From a virus, in IMG/VR virus record IMGVR_UViG_3300018077_000007, positions 1-64,000 of that record: DNA of 64,000 nt; one strand, 5' to 3'. Shown here piece by piece: positions 28,734-37,961 of this stretch; positions within the stretch are counted from its first letter, which is position 1, and the number at the start of each line of letters is the position of its first letter. The translations under genes were made by a program, and so were the position numbers. The notes beneath the pieces are model-generated. The model worked only from the letters and a program-made list of their open reading frames with translations, was not told the DNA's origin and did no database searches.

Positions 28734-28979
28734 ATGCCCATTGATCCCGTGTGGGTGGTAAGTGGCCTCTTGGCGATCATTGGGGCCGTGCTGGGGTTGT
28801 CGGTGAAGATCATTTTGCAGAACCTCCAGCGACAGCACCAGGAGAACCTTGAGCAGTTCAAGACGATTTCGGCCGAGATCCATACGCTCAATACCCTGTT
28901 CCTGGACCATATCCGGGACCATGCGACGGGGGCGTTTCAGGCCCGCGCCCGCCAAGGAGGGGAGCCGTGGAAACCATAA
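28734..28979 (+). CDS. Single-TM coiled-coil protein (holin-like?)
   Basis: GGAGGAGG RBS; N-terminal TM followed by a coiled coil. Confidence 0.5.
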   Translation: MPIDPVWVVSGLLAIIGAVLGLSVKIILQNLQRQHQENLEQFKTISAEIHTLNTLFLDHIRDHATGAFQARARQGGEPWKP

Positions 28980-29332
28980 GTGCCGACTGGTCGCGGATTG
29001 ACGGGGGCCTCATCTATACCTGGGTGCTCACGCCTGGGCATCCGGCGCAGCCGGTCTGGGCGGGGGCCACGCCGATCCGCCTGGTGCAGGCGAGCGGCTA
29101 TTTTGGGGGCGCGCGGGTCGGCCTCGTGGGTAGCCTCTTGATTGACGGCCCGTTTCATCCGATCCCGACGGCTGACGGCGGCGGGCCGTTTCTGGTGACG
29201 CGGTCGGGCGGCGCGGCCCTCAGCCTCGTGGGCCTGTGGCTCCGCCCAGAACTCGTCGGCGGCGATACGACAACGGCGGTGACCGTGATGGTCGCCTTGC
29301 TGAATCCTGGCCATCAACGGCCGATGGATTGA
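28967..29332 (+). CDS. Small structural-type protein
   Basis: VQASGYFGGA.V.LVGS...WLRP motif. Confidence 0.6.
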   Translation: METISADWSRIDGGLIYTWVLTPGHPAQPVWAGATPIRLVQASGYFGGARVGLVGSLLIDGPFHPIPTADGGGPFLVTRSGGAALSLVGLWLRPELVGGDTTTAVTVMVALLNPGHQRPMD

Positions 29333-29340
29333 CAGGAGCT

Positions 29341-29973
29341 ATGCGCATGGCACCAACGCCCTCCACCCCCGACGCGATTCACATCGCCGCCGAGCAACTG
29401 CGGGTCGTCAAGCATCGGTTCCTCCTGCCGTGGCTGGAAATGTCGGACGCCCTGGATGCGGCGTCGGAGACGATTCTCGCCATTGGCGAAGCCGAACAGC
29501 GGCGGGCGCGGCTTCAGGAAGAACTGGCGGCCCTCGGGGCCGACGTGGCCACTCGGCGGGCCGAGACGACCGACGCGCTGATCGCTCTGACGGTGGAACA
29601 CGACACGGCCCTGGCGACGCTGGGCGCGACCTACGCCGCCAAGCACGCCACGCTGGAACAGGACTTTGCGAGGACCGTCAGCCAGCGACAGGCCACGCTG
29701 GCGGCCACGCTGGAGGAGACGTCGCGGCAGATCACGGAGGCCACCACACACCTGACCGAGGTGCGCCGCGAGCAGGCCGAGGCCCTGAAGGCGCATCAGC
29801 ACACGCTCAAGGTCTCGGCCGAGCGGGCGGACCAGCACCTCCAGGAGGTCCTCACGCGCACCGTGGCGGCCGACAAAGAGCTGCGCCGGCTGGATGCTCG
29901 CGTGCGGGAACTCCGCAGTGAGGCGCAGCGGGAAGCGACCCGGCTCCGGGAATTGGCGGATCGGGCGGGGTGA
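29341..29973 (+). CDS. Coiled-coil protein
   Basis: All-helical A/E/R/L-rich sequence. Confidence 0.6.
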   Translation: MRMAPTPSTPDAIHIAAEQLRVVKHRFLLPWLEMSDALDAASETILAIGEAEQRRARLQEELAALGADVATRRAETTDALIALTVEHDTALATLGATYAAKHATLEQDFARTVSQRQATLAATLEETSRQITEATTHLTEVRREQAEALKAHQHTLKVSAERADQHLQEVLTRTVAADKELRRLDARVRELRSEAQREATRLRELADRAG

Positions 29974-29981
29974 GATAAGCC

Positions 29982-30881
29982 ATGGCGTTCGATGCGTATA
30001 CGACGGCCGAGGCGTATATCCTCGACCGGGTGGGCGAGGATGGGACGGTCACGACCACTATGCTGGCCTCGCTCGCGAGGGATTTTTTGATCGCGCGGTG
30101 GCGGGATCTGGTGCTCCGCTTCCCCTGGATCGGGCTGACCAAGACCCCCCCCGGGATTTTTTTAACGAGCGATGACATCAGCACCCTCACCATTACCGTG
30201 GCCGCGACGGGGATCGCCGCGGCCGGGACGCTCTCGGCGGCCCCGGCGGGGAGCCTCTCGCTTGTGGACTACAAGATGCGCCCGACCGGCAAGGACTGGG
30301 TGGCCCGGGTGACGGTCCATGCGGCGGATGGCACGGCGGTCACGCTCGATGCCGTCCCCGAAACCCTCGCGGCGGGATCCGCCATCACGCTTTTTCAGGA
30401 TGAATACACGTTGGCCTCTGATGTGGCCCTCTTCATTGATGGCCTGTGGACCCAGGAGGGGAACTTTGTGGCCCTCGTGGGCGAGGAGGAGTTGAAGGCG
30501 AAGTGGCCGGATCCGCCGGCCTCGGGGTATCCGCCCGAAGCGTTTGCTCGGCTGACGATGCGCCGCGTGCGGCTGTCGTCCTATCCCACGGCCCTGAAAC
30601 GGATCGAGTATCCCTATACCCGCATGCCCGCCGATCCCTCGGGCAGCGGCACCGTGGACTTGCCGAGTCAGTTACGCACCGTCTGGGTGGAATTGGCCCT
30701 GGCCGATCTGCTGGATGAGAAGTACGACCGGCGAGCGCATCCGGTGTTGCTCAAGGCCGAGGGCAAACTGGAGCAGTTGATCGGGCTGGAATCCCGGTTT
30801 CGGATGGGCGAGGGGATGCTGTCGCACGGGACGCGGGTGGCCCCGTATGGAGATGTGAAGCGGGGAGGGTACGGCTCTTGA
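29982..30881 (+). CDS. Head-tail adaptor / tail tubular A-like protein
   Basis: QDEYTLASD, G.P..F...VRL..YP, YPY.R.P motifs; located upstream of the nozzle gene. Confidence 0.65.
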   Translation: MAFDAYTTAEAYILDRVGEDGTVTTTMLASLARDFLIARWRDLVLRFPWIGLTKTPPGIFLTSDDISTLTITVAATGIAAAGTLSAAPAGSLSLVDYKMRPTGKDWVARVTVHAADGTAVTLDAVPETLAAGSAITLFQDEYTLASDVALFIDGLWTQEGNFVALVGEEELKAKWPDPPASGYPPEAFARLTMRRVRLSSYPTALKRIEYPYTRMPADPSGSGTVDLPSQLRTVWVELALADLLDEKYDRRAHPVLLKAEGKLEQLIGLESRFRMGEGMLSHGTRVAPYGDVKRGGYGS

Positions 30882-32103
30882 CATCCTCCACCGGATTGAA
30901 GTCCGGGGATTCCAACACCGACGCCACCCGGAAGGAGGCGCGGCATTGAGGTTCGCGGTTCACTGCCCGGCGGTGCTGCACCAAGGCTCCCCGCGCTGGC
31001 ACGGCCTGTCCGGCCGCGATGTTACGTGCTGCATTGGTATCGGCATGGCAGTGGAACCCGCAGACTACGCAACGGAAGCTCGCTTGGCTCTCACGAGACG
31101 CCGCCGCGACATGCCCGCACTCGCTGCACTGCTGGCTGGTGTACCTCGGGTCAACTCGGCGAACTCTCCCGTGCGCTTTGTGTTCAAGGCGCGTGAGGAA
31201 CAGGCCCCAGCCTTGCGCCAAGATGCTGCGGTTGAGGCCGGCCTTTTGCGCGACATTCCGACCGGGCGTTTGGAGGGTGCCGTGCGCCGAGCGCGTCATG
31301 GCACCGACGTTGAGATTCTCGACCTTCAGGACATCGTAGCGGCGGGCGAGGCTCGTGGTCGTCTGCTCCACCCAGTCCTTGCGGCGGGCCGTCTCGTGGG
31401 CTCGGAGCCGGGCGATGGCACGCTTGACCCGTCGCCGACGGTTCGAGCCCCGCTGGGCGCGGGCGAGGCGGCGCTGGAGCCGGAGGAGGCGCTCCGCTTC
31501 CTTGGGCCGCAGGACAGGCGCGTGGAGGCTCTCGCCTTCACTCGTCATCACGCTGACGGCGACTCCACGGTCAAGGCCAACGATCTCGCCCGTCCCTGGG
31601 CCGGGGAGGGGTGCCGGGATGTGGGCGAAGGCAATGTGCCAGCGGCCTGCGGGATCGCGCGTCACGCGGTACGATTTTACGCATGGAATCGGCCTCGTCT
31701 GTCGAAAGCGCACCCAGCCGATCTTCGGCACGAAGAGCGCCGTATGACGACGGTTCAATCGCCGCACATGACTGGGTTGAAGCGCGACGATGCGGAAGCC
31801 CTCGTCACGATCCCGCTTGCGCCACGTCGGGCGCCGGTGAGTGCCCCCGAAGAAGTTCCGTTTGGCTTGGTCGAAGTCTCGGAGTGCCTGCTGCTGGACG
31901 ATGACGCTGCCCTCGGCGAGCCATGGTTCAGCCGCACGCAACTCCGTGAGTTGCCGGCTCAATTCGGCGTAACCGGGCGCTGTCTTTCCCGGTTGCCAGA
32001 GTCGCCACTGCTCCAAACAGAGGTTCCAGAGAAACCGCGCCTGACCGCAGGCGTTTACCAGCATGGGCTCTTGTTCACGGGAGGGGTACAGGCGAAAGCG
32101 CAT
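30751..32103 (-). CDS. tnpB: TnpB RNA-guided endonuclease
   Basis: RFRLYPS HTH, RuvC-I GLDRG, RuvC-II VENL, zinc finger CSECG..CVVCG, RuvC-III HADTNAARNI. The ORF reads through the right end into flanking DNA. Confidence 0.93.
   Translation of the reverse strand: MRFRLYPSREQEPMLVNACGQARFLWNLCLEQWRLWQPGKTAPGYAELSRQLTELRAAEPWLAEGSVIVQQQALRDFDQAKRNFFGGTHRRPTWRKRDRDEGFRIVALQPSHVRRLNRRHTALFVPKIGWVRFRQTRPIPCVKSYRVTRDPAGRWHIAFAHIPAPLPGPGTGEIVGLDRGVAVSVMTSEGESLHAPVLRPKEAERLLRLQRRLARAQRGSNRRRRVKRAIARLRAHETARRKDWVEQTTTSLARRYDVLKVENLNVGAMTRSAHGTLQTPGRNVAQKAGLNRSILAQGWGLFLTRLEHKAHGRVRRVDPRYTSQQCSECGHVAAASRESQASFRCVVCGFHCHADTNAARNIAAGQAVPARGALVQHRRAVNREPQCRASFRVASVLESPDFNPVEDVKSRTLPASHLHTGPPASRATASPRPSETGIPARSTAPVCPRP
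30858..31030 (-). ncRNA. Predicted TnpB omegaRNA (scaffold plus guide)
   Basis: Inferred from known TnpB biology: the scaffold overlaps the tnpB 3' end and right end, and the guide is the flank (GAGCCGTACCCTCCCCGCTT). The 5' boundary is approximate. Confidence 0.55.
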
Positions 32104-32232
32104 TTAGGCGCGCCTGAGGTAGGCATCGACCGCCCGGCGGATCAGTTCGGCCACCGTCAGGCCGGTGGTCTCGGCGAGCCGCCGCAGCAGGGTGAGTTGC
32201 CGCTCGGTCAGATGGAAGTTGACGCGCTGCAT
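32104..32232 (-). CDS. CopG/ribbon-helix-helix protein (42 aa)
   Basis: MQRVNFHLTERQLTLLRRLAETTGLTVAELIRRAVDAYL; directly abuts tnpB. Confidence 0.85.
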   Translation of the reverse strand: MQRVNFHLTERQLTLLRRLAETTGLTVAELIRRAVDAYLRRA

Positions 32233-32238
32233 ACCCCG

Positions 32239-32267
32239 AGTATACACACTCACGTTGGGCGTGTCCA
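32239..32267 (-). promoter_or_regulatory. Promoter for the RHH-tnpB operon (leaderless)
   Basis: Minus strand: TGGACA-N17-TATACT-N6-ATG. Confidence 0.6.
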
Positions 32268-32327
32268 CCCACACACGGCGCTTCCTCCCCGCGCTGAAGC
32301 GCAGGGTTTCCGCGCCGGGAGCATCCG

Positions 32328-32588
32328 ATGAGCGTGACGGCATGGATTCCGGTGGTTCTGCTTGTCGCGCAACTCTTAACGCCCTATTCGCCAGAAATGG
32401 TCAAGGAGTTTGAAGCCATCCCGATTGGGGAAACTCGGGATGTGGCCTTCCCACAAGGTGACGGTTGTAATTCGTGTACGTGCCCGGTCCACCGGACCTC
32501 GGAAACGCATATCAAAGTCGGCAACTCTTGCCGCTGCACCCTCGTGAATTGTCGTCCGCTCTTTTCGCCGGAGATCCCGTTCAAATGA
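32328..32588 (+). CDS. Small secreted Cys-rich protein (pacifastin-like pattern)
   Basis: Hydrophobic N-terminus; DGCNSCTC...CRCTLVNC. Confidence 0.55.
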   Translation: MSVTAWIPVVLLVAQLLTPYSPEMVKEFEAIPIGETRDVAFPQGDGCNSCTCPVHRTSETHIKVGNSCRCTLVNCRPLFSPEIPFK

Positions 32589-33151
32589 CGACATGGGTGG
32601 GTGCTCTGGTCAGGATCGTCGTTGGAGGGCTCGTCTTCGCGAGCCTCTCTCTCCCAGGCCCCCTCATGGCCCATCCCGGGCGATTGGACGCGAAGGGTTG
32701 CCACCATGTCGAAACGAAGTTCGTCTATAAGTCGGGAAAGGTCGCCGAAGTGGGAGACTCTCATTGCCATCGCTCTCTTGGCGACATGCGGCTTGACGGC
32801 CTCGAAGTGCTCCAACAACCGCCGCTTGGCTTCCTGGAGTCGATTCCCTCGTCGCCGATCCCTCCCTGCTGGCCTGCGGGGGTGCCGTCCGTGAATCAGT
32901 GGACGCTCCACCGGGCCGAGATGCGCGAGGCGGATGGGCATACCTGGCTCGGGGCGCATTACCGATTGCCCTCGGGGCAGATGCTCTCGGCGGTGTGGCT
33001 GGATGGCGAGATCGTGGCCATCGACCCTGATCCCGCCGGCCCGGTGCCCATGTGGATTCAGGCAGGCCGCGTCGAAATCCGGGACGGGGGACCGCACCGG
33101 TTGCGGCGAATCGAGCCCCCCGGGCCGTGCCGGTGGGAGCGGTGGCCATGA
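32585..33151 (+). CDS. YHYH-like domain secreted protein
   Basis: Signal peptide followed by AHPGRLDAKGCHH...SHCH. Confidence 0.6.
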   Translation: MTTWVGALVRIVVGGLVFASLSLPGPLMAHPGRLDAKGCHHVETKFVYKSGKVAEVGDSHCHRSLGDMRLDGLEVLQQPPLGFLESIPSSPIPPCWPAGVPSVNQWTLHRAEMREADGHTWLGAHYRLPSGQMLSAVWLDGEIVAIDPDPAGPVPMWIQAGRVEIRDGGPHRLRRIEPPGPCRWERWP

Positions 33152-33492
33152 GCGAACTCCGCTGGACCCTCACCGTGCCCGAACCGACCCGGTCCTGGGA
33201 TGAATGCCGCTTGGCCGCCGTGGAGTTTCGGTTTCCGGCTGACGCCCCGCCGGGCGTGACGCTCCGGTGGGAGCGGCGCCAGGGTGGCCAGATTGTGCAA
33301 GCGGATGGACTCGCCCTCGCGTGGGCGGAGATGGGGGATCCCACAGCCCTCTTGACGGCGTTGCTGGATTGGGCGACGGACCGGATGAAGACGGCGGGGG
33401 TCCTGCCCAGGGCCGCCGTGAAAGAACTCGGGCCAACACCCGAGAAGCCCGTGCCGGCGGCGGTGCCGGAACCGGGGATCACGCTGCGATGA
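33148..33492 (+). CDS. Hypothetical protein
   Basis: ATGA-coupled ORF. Confidence 0.5.
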   Translation: MSELRWTLTVPEPTRSWDECRLAAVEFRFPADAPPGVTLRWERRQGGQIVQADGLALAWAEMGDPTALLTALLDWATDRMKTAGVLPRAAVKELGPTPEKPVPAAVPEPGITLR

Positions 33493-33718
33493 GAACCCTG
33501 CCCGTCACGTATCCACGAGACCCCGAGACGCCAGGCGCGGCGATCCGCCCCTGCGTCCGCTGTCATCTCGATTTCTTGGCAGTGGCGGTGGCGGATCTGA
33601 GCGCCCTGGATCCCGCACTGTCGCGCTTCCCTGATCTCTGTGTCGGCTGCCGGGTCCTTGAGGCCCGGATGCTCCCTGACCGCCCATTGCCCATGTGGGC
33701 CACGGGGATATAGCGGTC

Positions 33719-35278
33719 ATGCCCTACGACGGCATTCCGGTGATCGAAATCCAACTTGGAGGCGAAGGGCTCTGGGGGGTGAGAAATCGTGGGCTCATCC
33801 CACAAAGCGCCCTCATCCAACTCAGAAATGCCACCCTCGAAGACCACTCGGTGCGCTCCGGTGGCGGGGCCACGAAACTCGGCGACGCCATCGGGGCCGT
33901 CACGCTCCAGGCCGCCATTGACTACTGGCCGGCGGTCACGACGCAACGGACCCTCGTGTCCGTCGGGGACGGGACGCTGCGGAAGGACACGGGGAGCGGG
34001 GCCGGGTGGTCCACCCTGGCCAGCGGGTTGACGACGTCGGGGCAAGTGGCGATCTGGGTGCCCGGGGGGGCCGAAAGCACCGGACGGGATCGGAAGGCGT
34101 TCCACGTCGATGGGGTGAACGCCGTGCAGGTGCTGGCGGCGGATGGGGCCGCGACCGCTGCGCTGGCGAGTCCGCCGGCGGCGTGGGCCGGGGCCAACCA
34201 ACCGCGCACGCTGTTTGTCCACCAAGCGTATCTGTTCGGCGGGGGCTCGCCGAATGACCCCCACCGGCTCCACCGGAGTTTGAACACCAACCATGAAGAC
34301 TTTCTGACGACGCCCTATTCGCTCCTGATTGATCCCGGTGCCGAATTCGGGGAATACATCGCCGCTGGGACCACCTTCAAAGGCGGCGCCATCATCTGGA
34401 AATTCCCGGAGGGCGTGTTTTTCATCGACACCTCCGACGTGGCGACCCCGGCGAACTGGCGCGTGATCCGCGTGGGGCGTCCCGGCATTGCGGGGCCGCT
34501 CTGTTGGGCCGCCGTGGAAGATGATCTGATCTGGGTCTCGCCCGACGGGTCCTGGCATCTCCTGAGCGCCACCCAAGCCACCGGGAGCGTGAAAGCATCG
34601 GATATTTCCACGCGCAAGCTCGGGAGCTTCTTCCGGGACAACGTGAACTTGGCCCAACTCGCCACGGCCCAGATGATCTACTACGCCAACAAGGGCGAGA
34701 TTCAACTGGCCTGCCACGGCCAGGGCCAGACGGCCAAGAACCGGCGGTTTCATATTGATCGCAACAAGCTCACGGATGAGCGGTGGATCTACTGGGACCG
34801 GGATCGGAATGAATCGCTCTTCCTCCGCAAGCGCTCGGGCATCCAAATCCCCGCCATGGGGGATAACGCCGGGCAGGTGTGGGAACTGGACCGGGTGGCC
34901 CGAAGTGCCGACGGGGTCGCCTACACCTTTGAATGGTGGCTCCGGGATCTCGACTTTGGGGAAGTGGTGCGCGGGTGGCGCGGGCGCAAAACCAACGGGC
35001 GGTTTTTGCAACTGGAATATGACGCCCGGGATAGCGTGACCCATGCGGTGGAGGTCTATCGAGACGGCACCTTGTCCCAGACGATCAACTTTGTGCTGGA
35101 CGGCGGGGCCGGAACGCTGCCCTTCACCCTCCCGATCACGTTTGGGGTCGGGGGGTTGCGCATCTCGCGCCCGCAACGGCTGCTCGGCCAGGCGCAACGG
35201 TGGAGCTTTCGGGGCCGCACGACGACGGCGAGTGATACGTCGATCACGCGACTCCTGATCGGGGCGGAGGCGGCATGA
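33719..35278 (+). CDS. Tail nozzle / tail tubular protein B-like (beta-propeller)
   Basis: About 520 aa, beta-rich; L.NA.L, RL..S..., WKFPEGVF; typical podovirus position. Confidence 0.7.
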   Translation: MPYDGIPVIEIQLGGEGLWGVRNRGLIPQSALIQLRNATLEDHSVRSGGGATKLGDAIGAVTLQAAIDYWPAVTTQRTLVSVGDGTLRKDTGSGAGWSTLASGLTTSGQVAIWVPGGAESTGRDRKAFHVDGVNAVQVLAADGAATAALASPPAAWAGANQPRTLFVHQAYLFGGGSPNDPHRLHRSLNTNHEDFLTTPYSLLIDPGAEFGEYIAAGTTFKGGAIIWKFPEGVFFIDTSDVATPANWRVIRVGRPGIAGPLCWAAVEDDLIWVSPDGSWHLLSATQATGSVKASDISTRKLGSFFRDNVNLAQLATAQMIYYANKGEIQLACHGQGQTAKNRRFHIDRNKLTDERWIYWDRDRNESLFLRKRSGIQIPAMGDNAGQVWELDRVARSADGVAYTFEWWLRDLDFGEVVRGWRGRKTNGRFLQLEYDARDSVTHAVEVYRDGTLSQTINFVLDGGAGTLPFTLPITFGVGGLRISRPQRLLGQAQRWSFRGRTTTASDTSITRLLIGAEAA

Positions 35279-35287
35279 GCCGGCCGC

Positions 35288-36265
35288 TTACAGGAGCCGC
35301 TGTGTCTTTCTCCGCCGGGGCACGTACCCATAAGGATTGGGACCGTGATGCTTCCCCTCAAGGATGAGCGAGACGGTTGCCCGGCTGACCCCGTGGCGTT
35401 GCGCGAGCCAGTGATGGGGGGCGTCTGGGTTATCGGCGGCATCGCGACGGAGCGCATCGACTTCGGGCGCGAGGAGGTTTCTGTAGGAAGGGCGAACGCG
35501 CAATCCTTTGGGCATCGGGACGTGCTTCCACGTCTGCCCTCGGATTACGTCGCTAATGTGTTGGCGGGAGACGCCAATTTGATCGGCCAAGGTAAAAATC
35601 GTTTCCCCGCCCTGCATGTACCGCCGACGAATGTCAACCACAAGACTTTCGTTCAACTTCACCGTTGTCCCACGCACGCGGGTTCCTCGGATAGGACGGA
35701 GTTCTATAGCGGCCCCGCCCGCGTCGCGACGCCCTCTGCGCTTCAAAATCACGCTAATGTGGTTCTTCGATACTCCGTAGGTGCGGGCGAGATCCGCGGC
35801 CGTCACGTTCAGGTTTGTCGCGTAGGTATCTCGGATGGCGCACACCTGCGCGTCCGTCAACTTCGCCGAATGGTGCCGCTCGCCCCGCGCCCGCAGAATC
35901 GGCGGGGGCAGAGTGTTGTTCATCACCCGTGGAAGCGGCGGGGCTGGAGAGTGGCGGCGGTCGGCCATGTTGTCCTGAGCCGACCCAGGCCGAAGATGTT
36001 CTGGATTCACGCAGGGCTTGTTCGAGCAAGCATGGAGGATGAACAGGCCAGGCGGAATTGGCCCGTTCGCCAGTTCCCAGGCGATGCGGTGGGCCAGTTC
36101 ATAGCGGGTGGCCCGTCCACGAGGCGAGGTCACCGTTACCGCGACGGTGCCGTATCCTTCTCGTCGGTCATGGGCGGCTCCGTGCCAGATCCAGCACGTG
36201 GGCGTTTTTTCAATTCTCGCCCAGTACGCTGCGAGGTCGATATGCCCGCCCTGGAGATTCTCCAT
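35288..36265 (-). CDS. HNH homing endonuclease with repeated C-terminal HTH modules
   Basis: CWIWHG...GYG...AHRIAW...ILHACSNKPCVNPEHL..GSAQDN; GERHHSAKLT..QV..IR; three LA..YGVS-type HTH repeats. Confidence 0.9.
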   Translation of the reverse strand: MENLQGGHIDLAAYWARIEKTPTCWIWHGAAHDRREGYGTVAVTVTSPRGRATRYELAHRIAWELANGPIPPGLFILHACSNKPCVNPEHLRPGSAQDNMADRRHSPAPPLPRVMNNTLPPPILRARGERHHSAKLTDAQVCAIRDTYATNLNVTAADLARTYGVSKNHISVILKRRGRRDAGGAAIELRPIRGTRVRGTTVKLNESLVVDIRRRYMQGGETIFTLADQIGVSRQHISDVIRGQTWKHVPMPKGLRVRPSYRNLLAPEVDALRRDAADNPDAPHHWLAQRHGVSRATVSLILEGKHHGPNPYGYVPRRRKTQRLL

Positions 36266-36306
36266 GAGTAGCCGATCCTTTCTTCAGTTACGGAGTCGTT
36301 GCATTC

Positions 36307-36335
36307 ATTGTTGTATACCAACTTCTGTTTGTCAA
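36307..36335 (-). promoter_or_regulatory. Putative promoter for the reverse-strand HNH gene
   Basis: TTGACA-N17-AACAAT on the minus strand. Confidence 0.45.
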
Positions 36336-36386
36336 GCTCGGTGTATCGGGTCCGCACGGACTCACACAGAAAGGAGGTGATGCCCA

Positions 36387-37961
36387 ATGACAACCACGTG
36401 GAAACACTCTATAGCAATGATCTTTTGCTTGGTTGTGGTCTTCGCGTGGCTATCCCCGGCTGCTGGACAGGGTTCCTGCTCGATTTTCAGATCCTGGAGC
36501 GCCGGGGATCAGTAACGGCTAACCGCTGCTGATTTGACCACCTCGATGACGACCCTGGGCGTCACGAATATGCTCGTGAATTGCCTGGACTCGTGGTCCA
36601 ACTCGGACGCCCAGATGCAGACCACGACCTCGCCGTTCACCACCGCGATCTCGCGTCCGAGCGGGCTCGACGGCGAAGTGGAACGGCTCCGGTACATGTG
36701 GTCCCACGTGATGGGCTATAGCCAGTGGTATCGGCATGACGAGAACCTCCAGTTGCGGGATCGCATGGTGGCGAACCACCGGGGGGCCTTGACCTCGGCG
36801 GGCGAAGGGCTCTACCGAGGGCAGGCCACGCTAGGCGCGAACCTCCGGTACCACGCCGTCAGCTACGGGTTTGAAAACCAGGGCGCGCACCACGAAACGG
36901 CGCTCATGCTGATCCACGTGGGCGCGACGGCCCGGTTCATGGTCTCGCTCGGCGGCGATGTCCACGCCCTGTCCACGATGGCGACCGGCCCGGGGGCGCA
37001 ACGGTTCCCGGCCTACGCGACGGCGCGGTGGCATGGGACGGGTCTCTGGTTCCCCTCGGACGGGCAACTCGGCATTTCGGTCGGGGGCGATAGCCCGTAT
37101 CGGTTCCACGCCACGGGCTTCATGGCCCACGCGATCCTCTTCATGCACGCCGGATCGGGGCAATACACCGCGTTCGTCGCCCACGCCAATTCCTCGGTGA
37201 CGCGCACCTACCGGCTCCCGCAGACCTTCGGGACGCAGGGGCAGGCGTTGGCGATGGGGCCAAATGCCGGAGGCTTTGCGGATCTGGAATGGACCAACGT
37301 TGCCATCGCCCTACCAGTATCAGTCGCCAGTGGCGGCACCGGCCTTACTTCGGGCACTTCGGGCGGGATTCTCGGATTCACGGCATCGGGGACGCTCGCC
37401 TCGTCAGCCGCCTTGACCGCCAACGCCCTTGTCCTGGGCGGCGGGGCCGGGGCCACTCCGACCGTGCTGGGGTCTCTCGGCACGACGACGACGGTGCTGC
37501 ATGGCAACGCGGCGGGTGCCCCGTCGTTCGGTGCCGTGAGCTTGTCCGCCGACGTGACAGGCAATCTTCCCGTCGCCAATTTGAATAGTGGAACGGGGGC
37601 GGGTGCCACGACGTTCTGGCGCGGGGATGCAACCTGGGCGACAGCCTCGTCCCTCGAAACGGGCGTCTACGTCAACGAGACGGGCGTCAAGGTGGCCGGG
37701 ACGATTTACCAGAACACGAGCGGGCGCAAGCGACGGGTCTATCAAAACGTCGAGGGGGCTGGCTCAGGGAAGCTCAGCGCTCTCGTGGAGGTCGGGACTG
37801 CCTCGCCTCCGACGATTGCCATTGCCAATCTGATTATCGATGTCAATGCAGCGGCGGTCAACCACTCACTGCCCGTCTCCTATGAGGTGCCCAACAATAA
37901 TTACTACCGCCTCACTATCACGACGGGGAGTGTTACGCGGTGGGTGGAAATTGATGAATAG
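36387..37961 (+). CDS. Tail fibre-like protein with signal peptide, interrupted by an in-frame TAA at 36513-36515
   Basis: AAGGAGGTGA RBS, ATG at 36387 and a signal peptide, all in the same frame as ORF 36534-37961. Fibre motifs [11 protein letters not shown] and [12 protein letters not shown]; C-terminal gp53-like YQNTSGR...VPNNNYYR. Confidence 0.7.

Larger units (their letters stand above)
30878..32327 (-). mobile_element. Non-autonomous IS200/IS605-family element (RHH + tnpB, no tnpA)
   Basis: On the minus strand the left end is TCAT|CGGATGCTCC...GAAA+hairpin CCCTGCGCTTCAGCGCGGGG. The right end is GAAT+hairpin CCCCGGACTTCAATCCGGTGG...GATGTCAA|. These GL/CL and GR/CR pairs follow IS608 rules. 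Confidence 0.88.

Noticed and set aside
30946-32331. 461-aa + strand ORF across the IS element
   Set aside because: Antisense shadow of tnpB and the RHH gene.
35345-36271. 308-aa + strand ORF
   Set aside because: Antisense shadow of the minus-strand HNH gene.
36513-36515. Genome-wide stop-codon reassignment
   Set aside because: TAA, TAG and TGA all terminate well-defined genes elsewhere; only one internal stop was seen.
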